A stretch of 64,000 nt of DNA from NCBI GenBank assembly GCA_965112155.1, contig OZ218099.1; one strand, given 5' to 3'. Below the pieces are notes generated by a model. That model saw only the letters and a list, made by a program, of their open reading frames with translations. It was not told where the DNA came from and did no database searches. Source of the DNA: Podarcis liolepis. Taxonomy: Eukaryota. This document shows, one piece after another, positions 1 through 12,651 of this stretch; positions within the stretch are counted from its first letter, which is position 1, and each line of letters opens with the position of its first letter. The position numbers were made by a program, and so were the translations under genes.

Positions 1-251
1 TGCAGACAGACTCCTGCCAGTTTCTACAACTACCAAGAGAGGCATGCAGAACAGCAGTTACATGCTGGCCTTTGATTACAGCATATTTCTTAAATGCCTG
101 TTTATTCTGAGTGAGACAACCCAATATTTTAAGGAGCATAATTCAGAGTCTTTAGGCACCATCTGATTTTACCGATTCATTCTACTGTTGCCCTTTCACA
201 CATCAGTGTCTTGCAAGAGGAATATATTCAGTGTGAATTTGACTTTGAAAA

Positions 252-267
252 CTTATTTCCCTGCTAG
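252..267 (+). promoter_or_regulatory. Putative 3' splice acceptor upstream of the AMIGO3 coding exon
   Basis: cttatttccctgctAG ends at 267, 29 nt before the ATG at 297. Confidence 0.5.
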
Positions 268-296
268 TGACAAACCAGGGTGAGCTCCACTGTTAC

Positions 297-1844
297 ATGA
301 TGAATGTACTGACCTTGGCTTTATTTATTTGGAAACTGCTTGGAAAGCTGTTAGTTTTCTTTGTCCTGTGCATTCAAGTCAGCACCTTAAACAACTGCAC
401 TCTCAGAAGATGTCCTGAAGTTTGCATTTGTACTGCTGATCTCATGAGTTGTGCCAAGAAGGATCTTGAACAGGTCCCCAGCACCCTGCTTCCCACAGCC
501 ACTACCTTGGACCTCAGCTACAATAACATTACTCAGCTTAATGACTACTGGCTGGCTGCCTTACCACGTCTCCAGACTCTCAGGATCAGCCACAACAAGA
601 TCCACAATATCACCCGGCAAGTGTTCCACAATGCCACTTACATTTTACACCTGGACATGTCTTCCAACTACCTGAGCACTGTGGAGAAGTACTACTTTGA
701 TGGCCTTGTGAAGTTGGAGGAGCTCTTGCTATACAACAACAAGATTGTACAAGTCGATCAAAATGCTTTTGTCAAGTTAATCAGATTGCAAAAAGTCTAC
801 CTGAGTTGGAACAGGCTAACAAAATTTCCATTTGAGTCCATTCAAAGACTTGAACACCCATACCTGAGAACCCTGGATCTGTCTGCTAACAACCTAAGCA
901 GCATTCCTGTTCAAGTAATAGCAACTTTGCCTGGGTACATAAAAAATGGCTTGTACCTTCACAACAACCCTGTGATATGTGACTGCTCTCTTCATCTGAT
1001 GCTCCAGGAATGGAAGCACCGCGGTTTCAGTTCTGCGGAGGATTTTGTAGAGGAGCACACCTGCAAAGCTTTCCCCAATGTGCCACGTTCCTTAGTCAAC
1101 ACCTTCAATTACAACAAGTATATTGGAGATTGCTCCTGGAACCAATTTGACATTCCCCAAATCCTCTGCCAAGTGGGAGAATCCTTGGTAATAGACTGCA
1201 ACACGAGCCTCCATAATGACAATGCCACAAACTACAGATGGATCTCTCCTAGACATGAATTATTCATGTACCCTGAGCACAGTAATCAGGAGCATCAACC
1301 TTTCAGAAATGGAAGCCTATTGATCAGAAAGGGTAACCGTTCCCATTCCGGTGTTTATGTGTGCATAGCCATCAACGAGCTCCAACAGATCAACCAGACG
1401 TTTGAAGTCAACATCACATTTCAATACCCCAAACCACCCGAGTCTTTCAATACTGGCCTCACAACCCTCTTAGGGTGTGTTGTAACTCTGGTACTTGTCC
1501 TCATGTACTTGTACCTCACACCATGTCGCTGCTCCAAGTGCTTCAAGAAGCCCGCAAGCCCCCCTCCAGACTGCAGCGCCCAATCATCCATCCTTAGTAC
1601 CACCCCGCCAGCCACAGATGGGCCAAATCGCAAGATCAGCGCAAACAAGCATGTTGTTTTCCTAGAGCCCATCAAGGAAGCCCAGAATGGCAAGGTCAGG
1701 TTGGCCGTCAGCGAGGACTTTCCAGAAGCTAAAAGCCCCAGACTCTTACAGCTCAAGCTGGACAGTGAATCAATCAGCTCAGTCTTTTCAGATCCTCTTA
1801 TCATGTCCTATGAGGAACGAGAACAGACACCGGCAGATGGATAG
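297..1844 (+). CDS. AMIGO3: Amphoterin-induced protein 3 (LRR + Ig single-pass membrane adhesion protein), single coding exon, 515 aa
   Basis: Signal-peptide-like N-terminus, LRR-NT CPEVCICTADLMSC, LRR repeats (LDLSYNNI, LDMSSNYL, LLLYNNKI), LRR-CT NNPVICDC, Ig domain (GVYVC), TM LLGCVVTLVLVLMYLYL then TPCRC, tail SAQSSILSTTPP...KHVVFLEP typical of AMIGO. Antisense position inside RNF123 matches AMIGO3 synteny. First in-frame ATG is at 297 (second at 300). Confidence 0.95.
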   Translation: MMNVLTLALFIWKLLGKLLVFFVLCIQVSTLNNCTLRRCPEVCICTADLMSCAKKDLEQVPSTLLPTATTLDLSYNNITQLNDYWLAALPRLQTLRISHNKIHNITRQVFHNATYILHLDMSSNYLSTVEKYYFDGLVKLEELLLYNNKIVQVDQNAFVKLIRLQKVYLSWNRLTKFPFESIQRLEHPYLRTLDLSANNLSSIPVQVIATLPGYIKNGLYLHNNPVICDCSLHLMLQEWKHRGFSSAEDFVEEHTCKAFPNVPRSLVNTFNYNKYIGDCSWNQFDIPQILCQVGESLVIDCNTSLHNDNATNYRWISPRHELFMYPEHSNQEHQPFRNGSLLIRKGNRSHSGVYVCIAINELQQINQTFEVNITFQYPKPPESFNTGLTTLLGCVVTLVLVLMYLYLTPCRCSKCFKKPASPPPDCSAQSSILSTTPPATDGPNRKISANKHVVFLEPIKEAQNGKVRLAVSEDFPEAKSPRLLQLKLDSESISSVFSDPLIMSYEEREQTPADG

Positions 1845-3282
1845 GAAGCAATCCACAGGAAGGATGCAGCCAAGGTGGAGAGTGGGGAAGGAGTGGGGTC
1901 AAATCCCATATCCATTGTGGGAGGGAGAGGGAAGACAATATATATTTACAAAGCATCTCCTCACTGAAAAGCACAGAGGAATTCTCTTCATCTCCCTTGG
2001 ATGGACTACTGTGGTTTATTCTTAATTTCCTTCATCTCCCCTAGAAATGGTGGAGGCCTTTTCTTCTAACAATTCTAGTCTGACCGTCCCAGAATCCATT
2101 TGACAAAAAATATTTGAATGCTCTTTACACATCCCAGATGACTACAGCCTGCTCAGTAGTAGAGACAGTAACTTGTAGCAGAGAGTACCATCCCCCTTTA
2201 GAAAACTGCTGTGGAACACAAGATTGTGTAATGGCTTTGACTTTCAGAGAATAAACATTTGCTATATAAGCAAGCCTGTTTTTATTTCTGGAGAAGAAAG
2301 AGTGCCCTTGCTGGACCAAAGAGGGGGCCATTTCTTACTTTTTAACTGCTTTAATCAGCTACTGCTTCTAATATTAATTTGGAAAGTAGGTTCCCGAGCC
2401 CATACTTTTCAACTTACGTCTAGGCTTCTTGGAACAAGTCATAGCATGGCTAAAAACTGAAGCAATTGCTCCCTTTACAGAGGTCACAAGCCCTGCTCCA
2501 GATGACCACCTCGCCCTTTTGGATATGTGCAGTCAGCCACGTAAGTGTCAGAAACTGTAAGAGTCAGTCTTCTGCTTGAATCAGCTTAACAAAACTGCTT
2601 GGTATTACTGCCTGCCCCTTAAAAGCACCTTGTTCTGGGTTTGCTTTTAATGAGGAACCTTTTCCCTAGATTGAATTCTTCGTATCTACAATAAAATTCT
2701 AATAGCTCGGGCATCCTGTGCTTTTGGATCACTGTGACAGAAAGCAAAAATCGGTGCCAGAAAATTATCCTTGGGTTAGACTTGAGAAGGGCAAATTATT
2801 TATTTTGCTGTCATCACAGCAAAGAGGAGTTTGATCCCAGACAGGGTTAAAAAGGATGCTATTCTAGACACAGTGCTGATGTTGTGTTATGTTTTTTAAA
2901 TGTACAATTAACCTATGGCTGGCCAATTCAGATAACTGGATTAGATAGACAAGAACACTGCTTTGGTTAGTGTACCTTTTTATATAACTTAATATAGCCA
3001 TTAAAAGTTAACTTTGTTTCTCCCCACCCACCCCTGCCCCAAAAGCTGTTGTAAATAATCAAATTCAGGAATGCATTAGATTATTCATGCACCTAGTGTA
3101 ATTACAACAAGCCAGCTCCGCTCCGCTCTGCGCTTAAATGAACCATCTCCCTGCCTTTTTTCTCCTTGAGAAGGGCAGATGTGCTTGGGAGAATGAAGCA
3201 TCTAGCTATTTTGGTAGTACTTTAATCCATGTAATGATAATAATTGTAACCTGGGGGTAGATTTCCTCTCGGGTTACATTTA

Positions 3283-3288
3283 AATAAA
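3283..3288 (+). terminator. Candidate AMIGO3 polyadenylation signal (AATAAA); alternative at 2690-2695
   Basis: AATAAA followed ~20 nt later by a GT-rich tract (tgttgttgtctg). Confidence 0.4.
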
Positions 3289-5137
3289 AATGCCCTTTTA
3301 TTATAAAATGTTGTTGTCTGCATCTAAAATTGTCTTTGCCCTGCAACGGTGTGAGACGGTGCAGGCTTCGTCTCCCTTGTCTGTGGCCAGGTAAAGCTCC
3401 ATATACAAAGTTCTAGTTCTTTTAACACAAAAGGAGCTCAAATACCAGTCTAAACCCAGGCACTCTAAATATTAGAGATGTCTCTGATATTAAAACCAAA
3501 TTACAACACAATTTAATTTTGGCACAGTAAGTGAGGCTGGAAGGTGCAAAGAAAGAAATGCAACACAAAATTCTAAGTCTGTGGGCAAGAACTTGACACA
3601 TTATACACAAACAAATATTTACATGTATGTGTATGTGGGGGGGGGGGGGTCCAAGACTGAGGAAGGAAGAAAACATATGAAATTCCATGAACATTACAGA
3701 GCAAACTATGCACTGCCAGAGGTTCTCACAAACTTGTATTCTAGACAGCCACAAATGTTGTTGACGTGAGGCTAGAAAAATCCAGGGAAGATATTAATAT
3801 CTTCCAAGATCATCTGGGTCAGGGTGTTTCTAAACCAGAAGCTAAGAAAAATAACCAAGATTGTTTATTCTATTAACATTTCTTGCTTGCATCTTGTGAA
3901 GCATATATAGCCACTGACAATCCTGAATCAGGATTCCTGATATTCAAAACATAGAGAGATGTGCATCTTTAGTCTGGCCATATTTTTATGCTGTGGTTCT
4001 GCACACCAGGGTCAAAGCAGAATATGGGGAAAGCAGCAGGAGATGTCAAGCCATGATTTCCAGAACTTGAGATGTTCTATGCTGTTGAGATGCTCCTACT
4101 ATGCTGTCTGTGGACAGAGTCAACCTGAGCCTGGGAAGAGTAGCACACCAAGCAACTGTCAGAGACAGCAGCATTCTGTATCACAGCCCTACTCCCCCCA
4201 GTTCTTTGCCAAAAAAAGCTAGTAAGTCACTTGACACAAATCAAAACTGAATTAAGCAACATTTGCTTCTTTTCATATGTGCACATGTCAAACACCATTT
4301 AACTCCTTAAAAAATCCATATTTAAAAATCAATTTGTAAATGGATAGGTACTGAAGTAGTTAAGATACAAAAATAAGTAACGAGATCAAAGCAGCAGAAT
4401 TTAAAAAAATCCTATTTATCCAATTTTGGAGGCTAAGAAATGTGTGGTTGAGAGTTTTTATTTGTTCTAATCTGTTCACAATTCATAAAATTACTGCTAC
4501 ATAATCCAAACCTTGTGATGGAATGGGATAGACTACCAAAAAACAACAACAATTTTTACAATTTAGCTTTTATCCAGCAGGAAAGGATGTAGGAATGCAT
4601 TTGCTGCTTCTGACTAACAAATCACAACAGACATACTGAGCTTCAGGGCAGAAATCTTAAGGTGCAACCTAGTATGTGTCTATTCAAGTAAGCCCCCTTG
4701 AGTTCAGTACTACTCACTCCCAGGTAAGTCTACATAGGATTGCAGCCTTAGCTACTGAGAAGCTAATCCCACAAGAAAAAAGGCAGAGGAGGAGTGGTGC
4801 TCATATTACTCCCATGGCTGCTCTCATAGATATTCTCAAATTGAGAATAAAAAAGGCTACAGTTTTTGTCCATTGAAGTGCTCCTTAGCAAAGAAAGAAA
4901 GAGGGGGGAAGTCATCGTGATACATGCAATAAAATGGAAATTAGTTATTCTGTCTGTCTGTCTGTCTATATCTAGCTAGCTAGCTATCATTACTTCTAGT
5001 TAAAGGAAATAAACTGTGCAGATACTACAATAAAGTGCATAAAATTCTTCAACAATTTTCATGTTATTATACAGTATTCCTCACTGCTCTAAAGTAGACC
5101 AGGGGATCAGTTAAATTTCAGAATCTCTTAAAGAGTA

Positions 5138-5501
5138 CAGTGGTGCCCCGCAAGACGAATGCCTCGCAAGACGGAAAACCCGCTAGACGAAAGGGTTTTC
5201 CGTTTTTTAGTTGCTTCACAAGACGATTTTCCCTATGGGCTTGCTTTGCAAGACGAAAACGTCTTGCGAGTGTTCCGATTTTTTTTTGCTTCCCCCCCCT
5301 TTTTCTAAGCCGCTAAGCCGCTAATAGCTTTTTAGCTGCTAATCCGCTAAGCCTTTAATAGCTGCTAAGCCTTTAATAGCCGCTAAACCGCTAATAGCGC
5401 TAATCCACTAAGCCGCTAATAGGGTTGCTTCGCAAGAAGAAAAAACCGCTAGACGAAGAGACTCGCAGAACGGATTAATTTCGTCTTGCGAGGCACCACT
5501 G
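5138..5501. mobile_element. Tc1/mariner-superfamily (Tigger/pogo-like) MITE, copy 1
   Basis: TA on both sides; TIR CAGTGGTGCCYCGCAAGACGAA; subterminal CGCAAGACGA repeats; internal GCCGCTAA-like array; two more copies in the window. Confidence 0.88.
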
Positions 5502-5669
5502 TATAGTCATGAATTTCCAATTACCAGCACTTTACAAAAAAATCAGTCTGCTCTCTGGGACTGCCCCTTTTCCTAACTATGGACAGAATTCTCCTTCAAT
5601 CACAACATCATCCTGCATTAAAATCTGCCTGTGAATTATGGCCAATGTTCTCAAGCCCTGCTCACATTC

Positions 5670-5830
5670 CATCAGCAAGAGAGATGATTGTTAGAGGCAC
5701 ATGACTGTGTCTTTTCAGTAATGGAACCCCCATTGTTGAACTCATTCCTAAGGAAGTTAGACTGGCTCCTTCTTTGATGTCTTTTGCATAAACAGTTAAG
5801 ATTCTATTCTGTCAGTCTTATAGTGCGTTT
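5670..5830 (+). mobile_element. Degenerate L2-like LINE 3' fragment
   Basis: Resembles squamate L2 3' end (ttttcagtaatggaaccccc...gaactcattcctaaggaagttagactggctcc); boundaries approximate. Confidence 0.4.
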
Positions 5831-6139
5831 TAATTCATAGCAGCTGTAGATCTAGCTTCTAGTTTTTGAACGTCCACTGGTTGTGATGAGATTTGAATGG
5901 TTCAAAGCTGCCTTGGATTGGATTGGAAGGCACCATATAATATACAGTATAAGTACACCTTTCTCCCAAGCCCAGATTGTGCCTGACCCCAAACACCTTC
6001 GCCACAATGCAATATAATAACTGAACACACAACTAAGCACAGAGAAGATGAGTAAAAGGACGTGGTAGAGATATAGACATCCCATGGTGTCCCTGTATTA
6101 TCCAACCCCCTAATTTAGACAGAGAGCAACAAGTGAAGG

Positions 6140-6712
6140 GCCTCACTCAGCTCAGAGGTGGAACACACGTTGTGCATGCCAAAGGGCTCGAGTTCAACCC
6201 CTGGCATTTCCAGTGAGGGCTGGGAAAGACTCCTGCATGCCCTGATGGAGAGATGCATGTCAGTCTGTGTCGACCAGGGGTCATGACCTTTTCTGAGCCC
6301 AAGGACCACATTCCGTCATGGACAACCTTATGGGTGCCTAATGCCATTGGTGGGTGTGCCAAAGGCAAAAGTGGGGTGAGCAACAGGCATGAGCCCTACC
6401 TTTGTATAGTAGGCTACAGACAGAAGTTTCTTTACACACTCCCATGAACACATCTCTCCATCCAGGCATGCAAAAGGCACTACGGCAGTTCAGGAACATG
6501 CAAAAGCATGTGAGGAGGGTGTGGAGCAAGGCTGATGTGATGTGTGACCTGTGGAAGGGGTATGTGCTGGGTAGAGTCTCAAAGCCTCATTAGAGAGGTC
6601 TGGAGGGTCATTATTTGGCCTCTGAATTGGAGGTTCCATAGCCCTGGTGCACACAATACTGAGCTACATGGAATATTCTGAAGCAGCATAAGGCAGCTTC
6701 TTGCATTCCTAC
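6140..6712 (+). mobile_element. tRNA-derived SINE split by a hAT MITE
   Basis: B-box-like gagttcaacccctggca; tail aatactgagcta...taaggcagcttc resumes after the insertion; related copies at 21020-21222 (-), 46788-46940 and 48930-49050. Confidence 0.6.
6275..6646. mobile_element. Old non-autonomous hAT element
   Basis: CAGGGG...CCCTG termini; degenerate 8-bp TSD gtgtcgac/gtgcacac. Confidence 0.6.
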
Positions 6713-7383
6713 AGAATGAAGAAGGTAGGACAGACTATCTTATGTCCACTAGGAAGAACTGGACATCTGCAAACAAGTCAAAACCCCTGTTTCTCCACAA
6801 AGTGGCCTTCGAGCCACATACCTACTGGGAAGTAGAAGAGCAGTTCCATTCTAAGTGACTGTGCCCACTCTACACCCATTAAAAAAGCATGAGAAAGCAT
6901 GAAATACTATCCACATGCTCACTTCTACACATTTATTCAATGGGAAAATGATCTCATAGCTAAGGAGATGGCCAATTACTCAGAGGCAAAGTTCAGAGAT
7001 CATGCTAGAACCCAGTTTGGCACCATGTGAATGAGTCTTAGTAAGGGCATGTAACCTCCTGCCCCAGCAAAGAGTGGTTTGGAGGCAAATGTTTCTGTTT
7101 TTGTTAATGACTGGCTATTTATTGCTTTCCAGAGCAGTTTCCCTCATCATTAAAAGCAACCCAAAGTTTCTGAAAGCATATGCTTCATTCCCATCTGAAT
7201 TAATCTTCAATTTAAGACACCCAGCAATGAGGTTTGTTTTCAATTTAAAAAGGCAAATGAAAGCATAAGTGCATCTATGAGTGCATTCCACCATCTGTGC
7301 ATTGCCTAAAGACACCCAGTCTCAATGCCTTTGATGCCTTCTGATCAGAAAAGGGTGTTGAAAACCTTCCCAGCTTTGACCTG

Positions 7384-8420
7384 CTAAGAACATAAACATA
7401 AGGACATCCCTGCTGGATCAGGCTAGGCCTATCTAGTCCAACATACTCTTGGTGATTTTGCTTGCCCTTTTCTGAACCTTTTCCAGCTCTACAGAATCCT
7501 TTTGAGGTGAGGCAACCAGAACTATACACAGTATTTGAAGTGTAATCGTGTCGCAGATCTGGATAATGGTATTATGATATTGGCAGTTTTATTTCCAATC
7601 CCTTTGCTAATGACTGCTACCATGCTGTCTTCATCAGAGTTAACCGCTATGAGCCCAGGTCTTACTCCTGGTCAGTCCACTAGTGACTACCACTTCCGCT
7701 GCCATTTTACTGCCCATTCACTTCACTGCCATTTTACTACCCAGTTTAGATGGATCTTTCTGGAGCTTCTCACAATCCCATTTGGTTTTAACCACCCTGA
7801 AAAATGTGGTATCAGCAAACTTGACTACGTCACTATTCAACCCCAACTCTAGATCATGGTTTCCCAAACTTGTGTCTCCAGCTGTTGCTGGACTACAACT
7901 CCCATCATCCCTAGCTAGCAGGACCAGTGGTCAGGGATGATGGAAAATGTAGTTCCAAAACAGCTGGAGACCCAAGTTTGGGAAACCCTGCTCTAGATCA
8001 TCCATGAACAAGTTAAACTAGCACATCCCAAAACCATTTCTTGGGGGACTCTACTTTCTACTACCTTCCACTGGTAGAACTTTACACTTATTCTTACTCT
8101 CTGCTTCCTTTTTCTTAACCTCATCCACAAAAGAACCTCTCCTCTTATTCCATGACTTCTAAGCTTACTCAGAAGTCTTTAGTGAGATACTTTGTCAAAA
8201 GCTTTTTGAAAGCCCAAATACATAATGTCAAATGGATCACTTCTATCTAAGTGCTTGTTGATACTCTCAAAAAAACTCTAATAGGCAAATGAGAGAAAAC
8301 TTACACTTGCAGAAACCACAGCGGTTCTGCTTCAGCAAGACTTACTTCTGGTATATGCTTGATTACTCTGTCTTTAACAATGCTTTCCTTTTTTTCTGGA
8401 ACAGATGTTAAGCTAACCTC
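7384..8420 (-). mobile_element. CR1 LINE 3' fragment (degraded, internally deleted)
   Basis: taagaacata tail repeat; reverse complement encodes an HxxYCVQFW-like RT C-terminal motif near 7515-7542; further RT-like sequence to ~8420. Confidence 0.7.
7855..7990. mobile_element. hAT/Charlie-type palindromic MITE (136 bp) nested in CR1
   Basis: TIR CA(T/G)GGTTTCCCAAACTT; exact TSD CTCTAGAT (7847-7854, 7991-7998). Confidence 0.9.
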
Positions 8421-8503
8421 ACATTTTAAGAGGAGAGCCCCAATGCTGCCTCATTTGCTCCATGGAGAGCAGTAGCGGACATTTACAACAATGAGTACCT
8501 AGG

Positions 8504-8681
8504 TGGCACTCGTCATGATGTCCCGTTGTGCCAGAAGCAGTTTAGTCATGTTGGCCACATGACCCGGAAAGCTGTCTGTGGACAAACATCAGCTCCCTCA
8601 ACCTGAAGCGAAATGAGTGTCACACCCCATAGTTGCCTTTGACTGGACTTAACCGTCCAGGGGTCCTTTACCTTTACCTTT
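8504..8681 (+). mobile_element. Sauria SINE 3' part
   Basis: gccagaagcagtttagtcatgttggccacatgacccggaa body and (ACCTTT)n tail characteristic of squamate Sauria SINEs. Confidence 0.8.
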
Positions 8682-9696
8682 CACCATCCCTAATAGTCCA
8701 AAATTAACTTACATATTCATTACGCACCATTCTTCTTAAGGTGTGTATAAAAGCGCCCCCATGTGGTAAAATCACATTTTTTAGTCCCTGAAACCCCTGG
8801 TTTATACCCTTCTTTCACCACAGGAGGGCACCTTTGTCTTATCATTAACCACAGTGCTGAATGTGTGAACTCACCCTGTGACAATACAAAATTAAGCATA
8901 TACCATCACCTGCTCTGAGCCCTTTGGATAAAACAGCACAGTACACAAATGTCTGCCACCAAGCTCTCCACAGTTTAGTTTAAATTTTCCCTTTAGGCTG
9001 CTGTTCTTACAGTGGCCAAAATCAAGCCAGGGGGAAGCCAGCAAGGAGCAGAAGAAAGCAATATAAGGGCATCCGAAGAAAACCACATAACATGGAGTGA
9101 AATAGCCAAGCTTGGCAGATTGAAAGAAACCTTTTGCACCAATAAAATCAGCTGTTTTGCTACAACCACCTAGGTAGCCTCCTTAACAGCAGCTGCACTT
9201 AAGAGACAATTTTTCAGAGTTCAAGAGGCTTTAAAACACAGAAATCCATCATTAAAAATTGGGGTTGCCTTAGTAAAAATCCAGCTTCTCTGACACACAG
9301 GACTTTGAAAGCTTAATGAATGTCCCTTGGGAATGGACTACACCGTCTCTTAGCAAACACAACAGCAATCGAGAACTCACACTGCTGCCAAGTTTGGTGT
9401 TTCTAAACTGCCTATACATCAAGCTAATGGGTCAGCATAAAACACTTACGTTTTACCAAGAGAAAGCAAGAAGTTGTTGAGTCATTCTGCCCCGGCCCCC
9501 ACCTCTACTCAGCACAAAAGTGGTTGTTTTGTAGAGAGATTATTCCTAAAGAATGAGAGCTGATGGTTCCATTTTCTACTAATGCTCCATATTTAGTAAG
9601 CCACAACAGAAGAGGAAATAACTCTACTTCAGCCAAGGACATGAATCAGACTATGGAAATTGGACAGTGACATCATGGACCAGAAACAACCAAATA

Positions 9697-9701
<5 letters not shown>

Positions 9702-9735
<34 letters not shown>
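9702..9735. repeat. (AAT)n microsatellite
   Basis: ~11 AAT units. Confidence 0.9.
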
Positions 9736-9738
<3 letters not shown>

Positions 9739-12274
9739 GTTACAACAATTAAAACACAATATTAAACAACTAGTTGCTCTAGCAGGTACTAGCACAACGA
9801 GTCCCGCTAGAGCAATGGGGACTGCCCCCACTCTCCTCCACCCACGCCCCCCATAAATTGGCTTGGTAGGGCAGTTGGGGGACCCCCAGAACAGGGCACA
9901 GAAGGAGAAGAGGGGGAGATCTGTTACACCAGGAAAGCTGAAATGCTTGCACTAATGGAGCAATCGCTTCAGCACTACTTTGAATACCACCCTATGCCTT
10001 TGGCCAAGAGCCACTCTTGCAATTCCTGCATTTCTGTCAAACTTATGGGGGAAAGACAAAACCTGCCAGCTGAATGGCAGCAGGGCAGCACAATCTGCAC
10101 TCCAGTCAGAGAGCCAGTCTCTCTCATGCCCAGGATGTACAGTTAGAAAAGGCAGGTTCTGAACCAGCTCTTCTGTTAATACCTTATAAGCAAAAGGCCG
10201 TCTGTCTGCACCAAACCCCATTTATAATCAGTGGCTGGTATGTTAATTTAGCAGTACAGGGCAATTTACACTGCGGCTCCTCATACAGACCCAGTAGTGG
10301 ACAGTGGGGTAGCAGCACTTACCTGACCTCCATTTGGCTGTGTCACGGCTGCTTACTGGGAGATGGAGGGGTGAGGTGACAGTGAGGTAGGCATGGTGCA
10401 AATGCACCAGGCAGGAGACCAGATAACTCTGAGTTTGAACCGTGCCAACCTTGCCACTGCCTTCTCCTTTCCCTCTACCTCTTAGTAAGGAACAGTGACA
10501 CAAACAAGGTTAGGTGAGCACCACCATGTCATCCGCTACTGTATAGACCCCGTCAGTGATACTCTATTGATTAGCCATCACATGCGGCACCAGAGTTAAG
10601 TGATGGCTGACCCACATTAACAGCACTTAGTCGCCCAGAGAGACAAATCCATATAACAGATCAGTCCTGCTCTACCAAGTTGCTCTTTGACTGAATTGTG
10701 CATCTGACATGTCTACAAAGGGAGTTATTAATTTCACCAGGTGTGAGGCAAAGGAGAACTACCAAATGCCAGATTAATGCAATGAGGTTGTAATTAATTA
10801 GTGTTCTGAACACTTTGAATCTTCAAAGGTTTTTGCAAACATTTGTTAATCCCCAGCACCAGGAGAGAAACAAAGCTTCTGTGATCACAGGATCACCCCG
10901 GGACAAAAAGGGCACCCTTGTCCTTATCAGGAGGAACAGCCCATGAACAGAGAATATATGCTACAATGCTGGAAGCAGACTAGCTTTAAAAGCCTAATTA
11001 TAAGAGTAGAAAGAGGCTAAAGGTCCCCGAATACCAACATTTACATTGATGTATTCTGCTTTTCCTGATTTCCCCTGAAACTGGAATTTCCCACTTCTTA
11101 AAGTTCTATAAGCTTCACCCCGCCCCCAACCCAGCATGTTGAGCAAGTTAAAACAAGCTCTTCATTTGACATTTATGTACTAAATGAAACCCTGCCCCAT
11201 CCTGCTCCCTGAGTAGACCTCGCTCTCCAGTAACTCTAGAGCACCTCAGTCCCTTTTAGAACCAATTAACCCTGAGCACTCGGTTAAAGATCTACTCTCA
11301 AGGCTGTAGAGATGCAGCACTGGTGTCTGCACCTAGTAATGGCTTGGATGGGGGCCAATAAACTGAAGCCGAATCTTGACCAGATGATAGAACTAAGGGC
11401 AAATGTGGCCCAGAACACCTTTTAGCGGTTTAATTTGATACATCAGTTGTGGCATTTCCCAGGTTACGGATAGTCAGGCCACATTGATACATGTGCTGGT
11501 CACCTCCAAACTGGATTAATGTCATTGTGATATGTGAGTCTGCCTTTGGCGAGTCAATGCTTCTCACAAACTGTAATCCTTGTATGTATCTATTACCACA
11601 CAATAATCATAACACCATATTATTATTATTTCTACACCTTCATCTGAATATCACAGGGAGGTTTACAATATAAAAACACAAACATACATACCACAAAACC
11701 ATAACAACTAACAAAAACAATAACCCCACACAGTTTAAAAGGCCATAAATTGCTTAATTAGCCAAAGGCCCAGGAAAACGTACTCTTTGTCAATAAATGT
11801 TAATATACACTGAAGATATGCAGTGGATGGAATTTCTGGACTCCTCTTCTCAAACCAGTGACAGAGCAGAGCATTGATTCAGAACACCACATTTATATTT
11901 TTTATGAATAGCAGAAAGCAAATATTTTTATAAATAATATAGTCAGGTATTATAAGGGCTAAATGGTCTCCTATGCACAAACCTAGGAAGAAAAAAACCA
12001 AACAGATTACCAGTTTAGAACTAATCACACTGTGCACAAATGTGAGCTTTGCAGTTGAGCCATTTTCCTCCATATTTTTAGCCATAGGCTAAAGTGTCTG
12101 ATGTTCTCCGAAAGGTACAGCTTATGAATACATATTTATTCAGAGAACATTTCAGATGTTTTCAGAGTAATAACTATGAATGGCACACAAAGTCAAAACA
12201 TGAAGATTACTTTCCTCTGTTCTTCAAAATATGAGAGCTCATCATAGGTGCTTCATTTGGGAGGATTATGTTTA

Positions 12275-12651
12275 GCTGGGAATGTTTAGTCTGGGGGAAA
12301 AGGACACGGAGAGGAGATATGATAACCATCTTCAAATATCTGAGGGGCTGTCACAGGGAAGATGGAGCAAGCTTATTTTCTCCTGCTCTGAAAGGTAGGA
12401 CTCGAACCAATGGCTTCAAGTTACATGAAAGGAGATTCCAACTAAACATCAGGAAGAACTTTCTGACAGTAAGAGATGTTCAACATTGGAATGGTCTCCC
12501 TCGGAAGGTTGTGGACTCTCCTTCCTTGGAGGCTTTTAAGCAGAGATTGGATGGCCATCTGCCGTGGATGCTTTATCTGAGATTCCTGCATTGCAGGGGG
12601 TTGGACTAGATGACCCTTCAGGTCCCTTCCAACTCTACAATTCTATGATTC
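12275..12651 (+). mobile_element. CR1 LINE 3' end
   Basis: ORF2 C-terminus RGDMITIFKYLRG...RKNFLTVR..WNGLPRKVVDSPSLEAFKQRLD; tail ctacaattctatgattc. Confidence 0.92.

Noticed and set aside
267-296. GTG-initiated 10-aa N-terminal extension of AMIGO3 in the ORF track
   Set aside because: Non-ATG start overlapping a likely splice acceptor; the ATG at 297 gives a normal signal peptide
1421-2025. ORFs 1421-1804 (-) and 1687-2025 (+)
   Set aside because: Shadow frames of AMIGO3 with no recognisable protein features
5305-5420. Repeated GCCGCTAA units as a CRISPR-like array
   Set aside because: Eukaryotic DNA, no unique spacers; it is the internal array of a MITE
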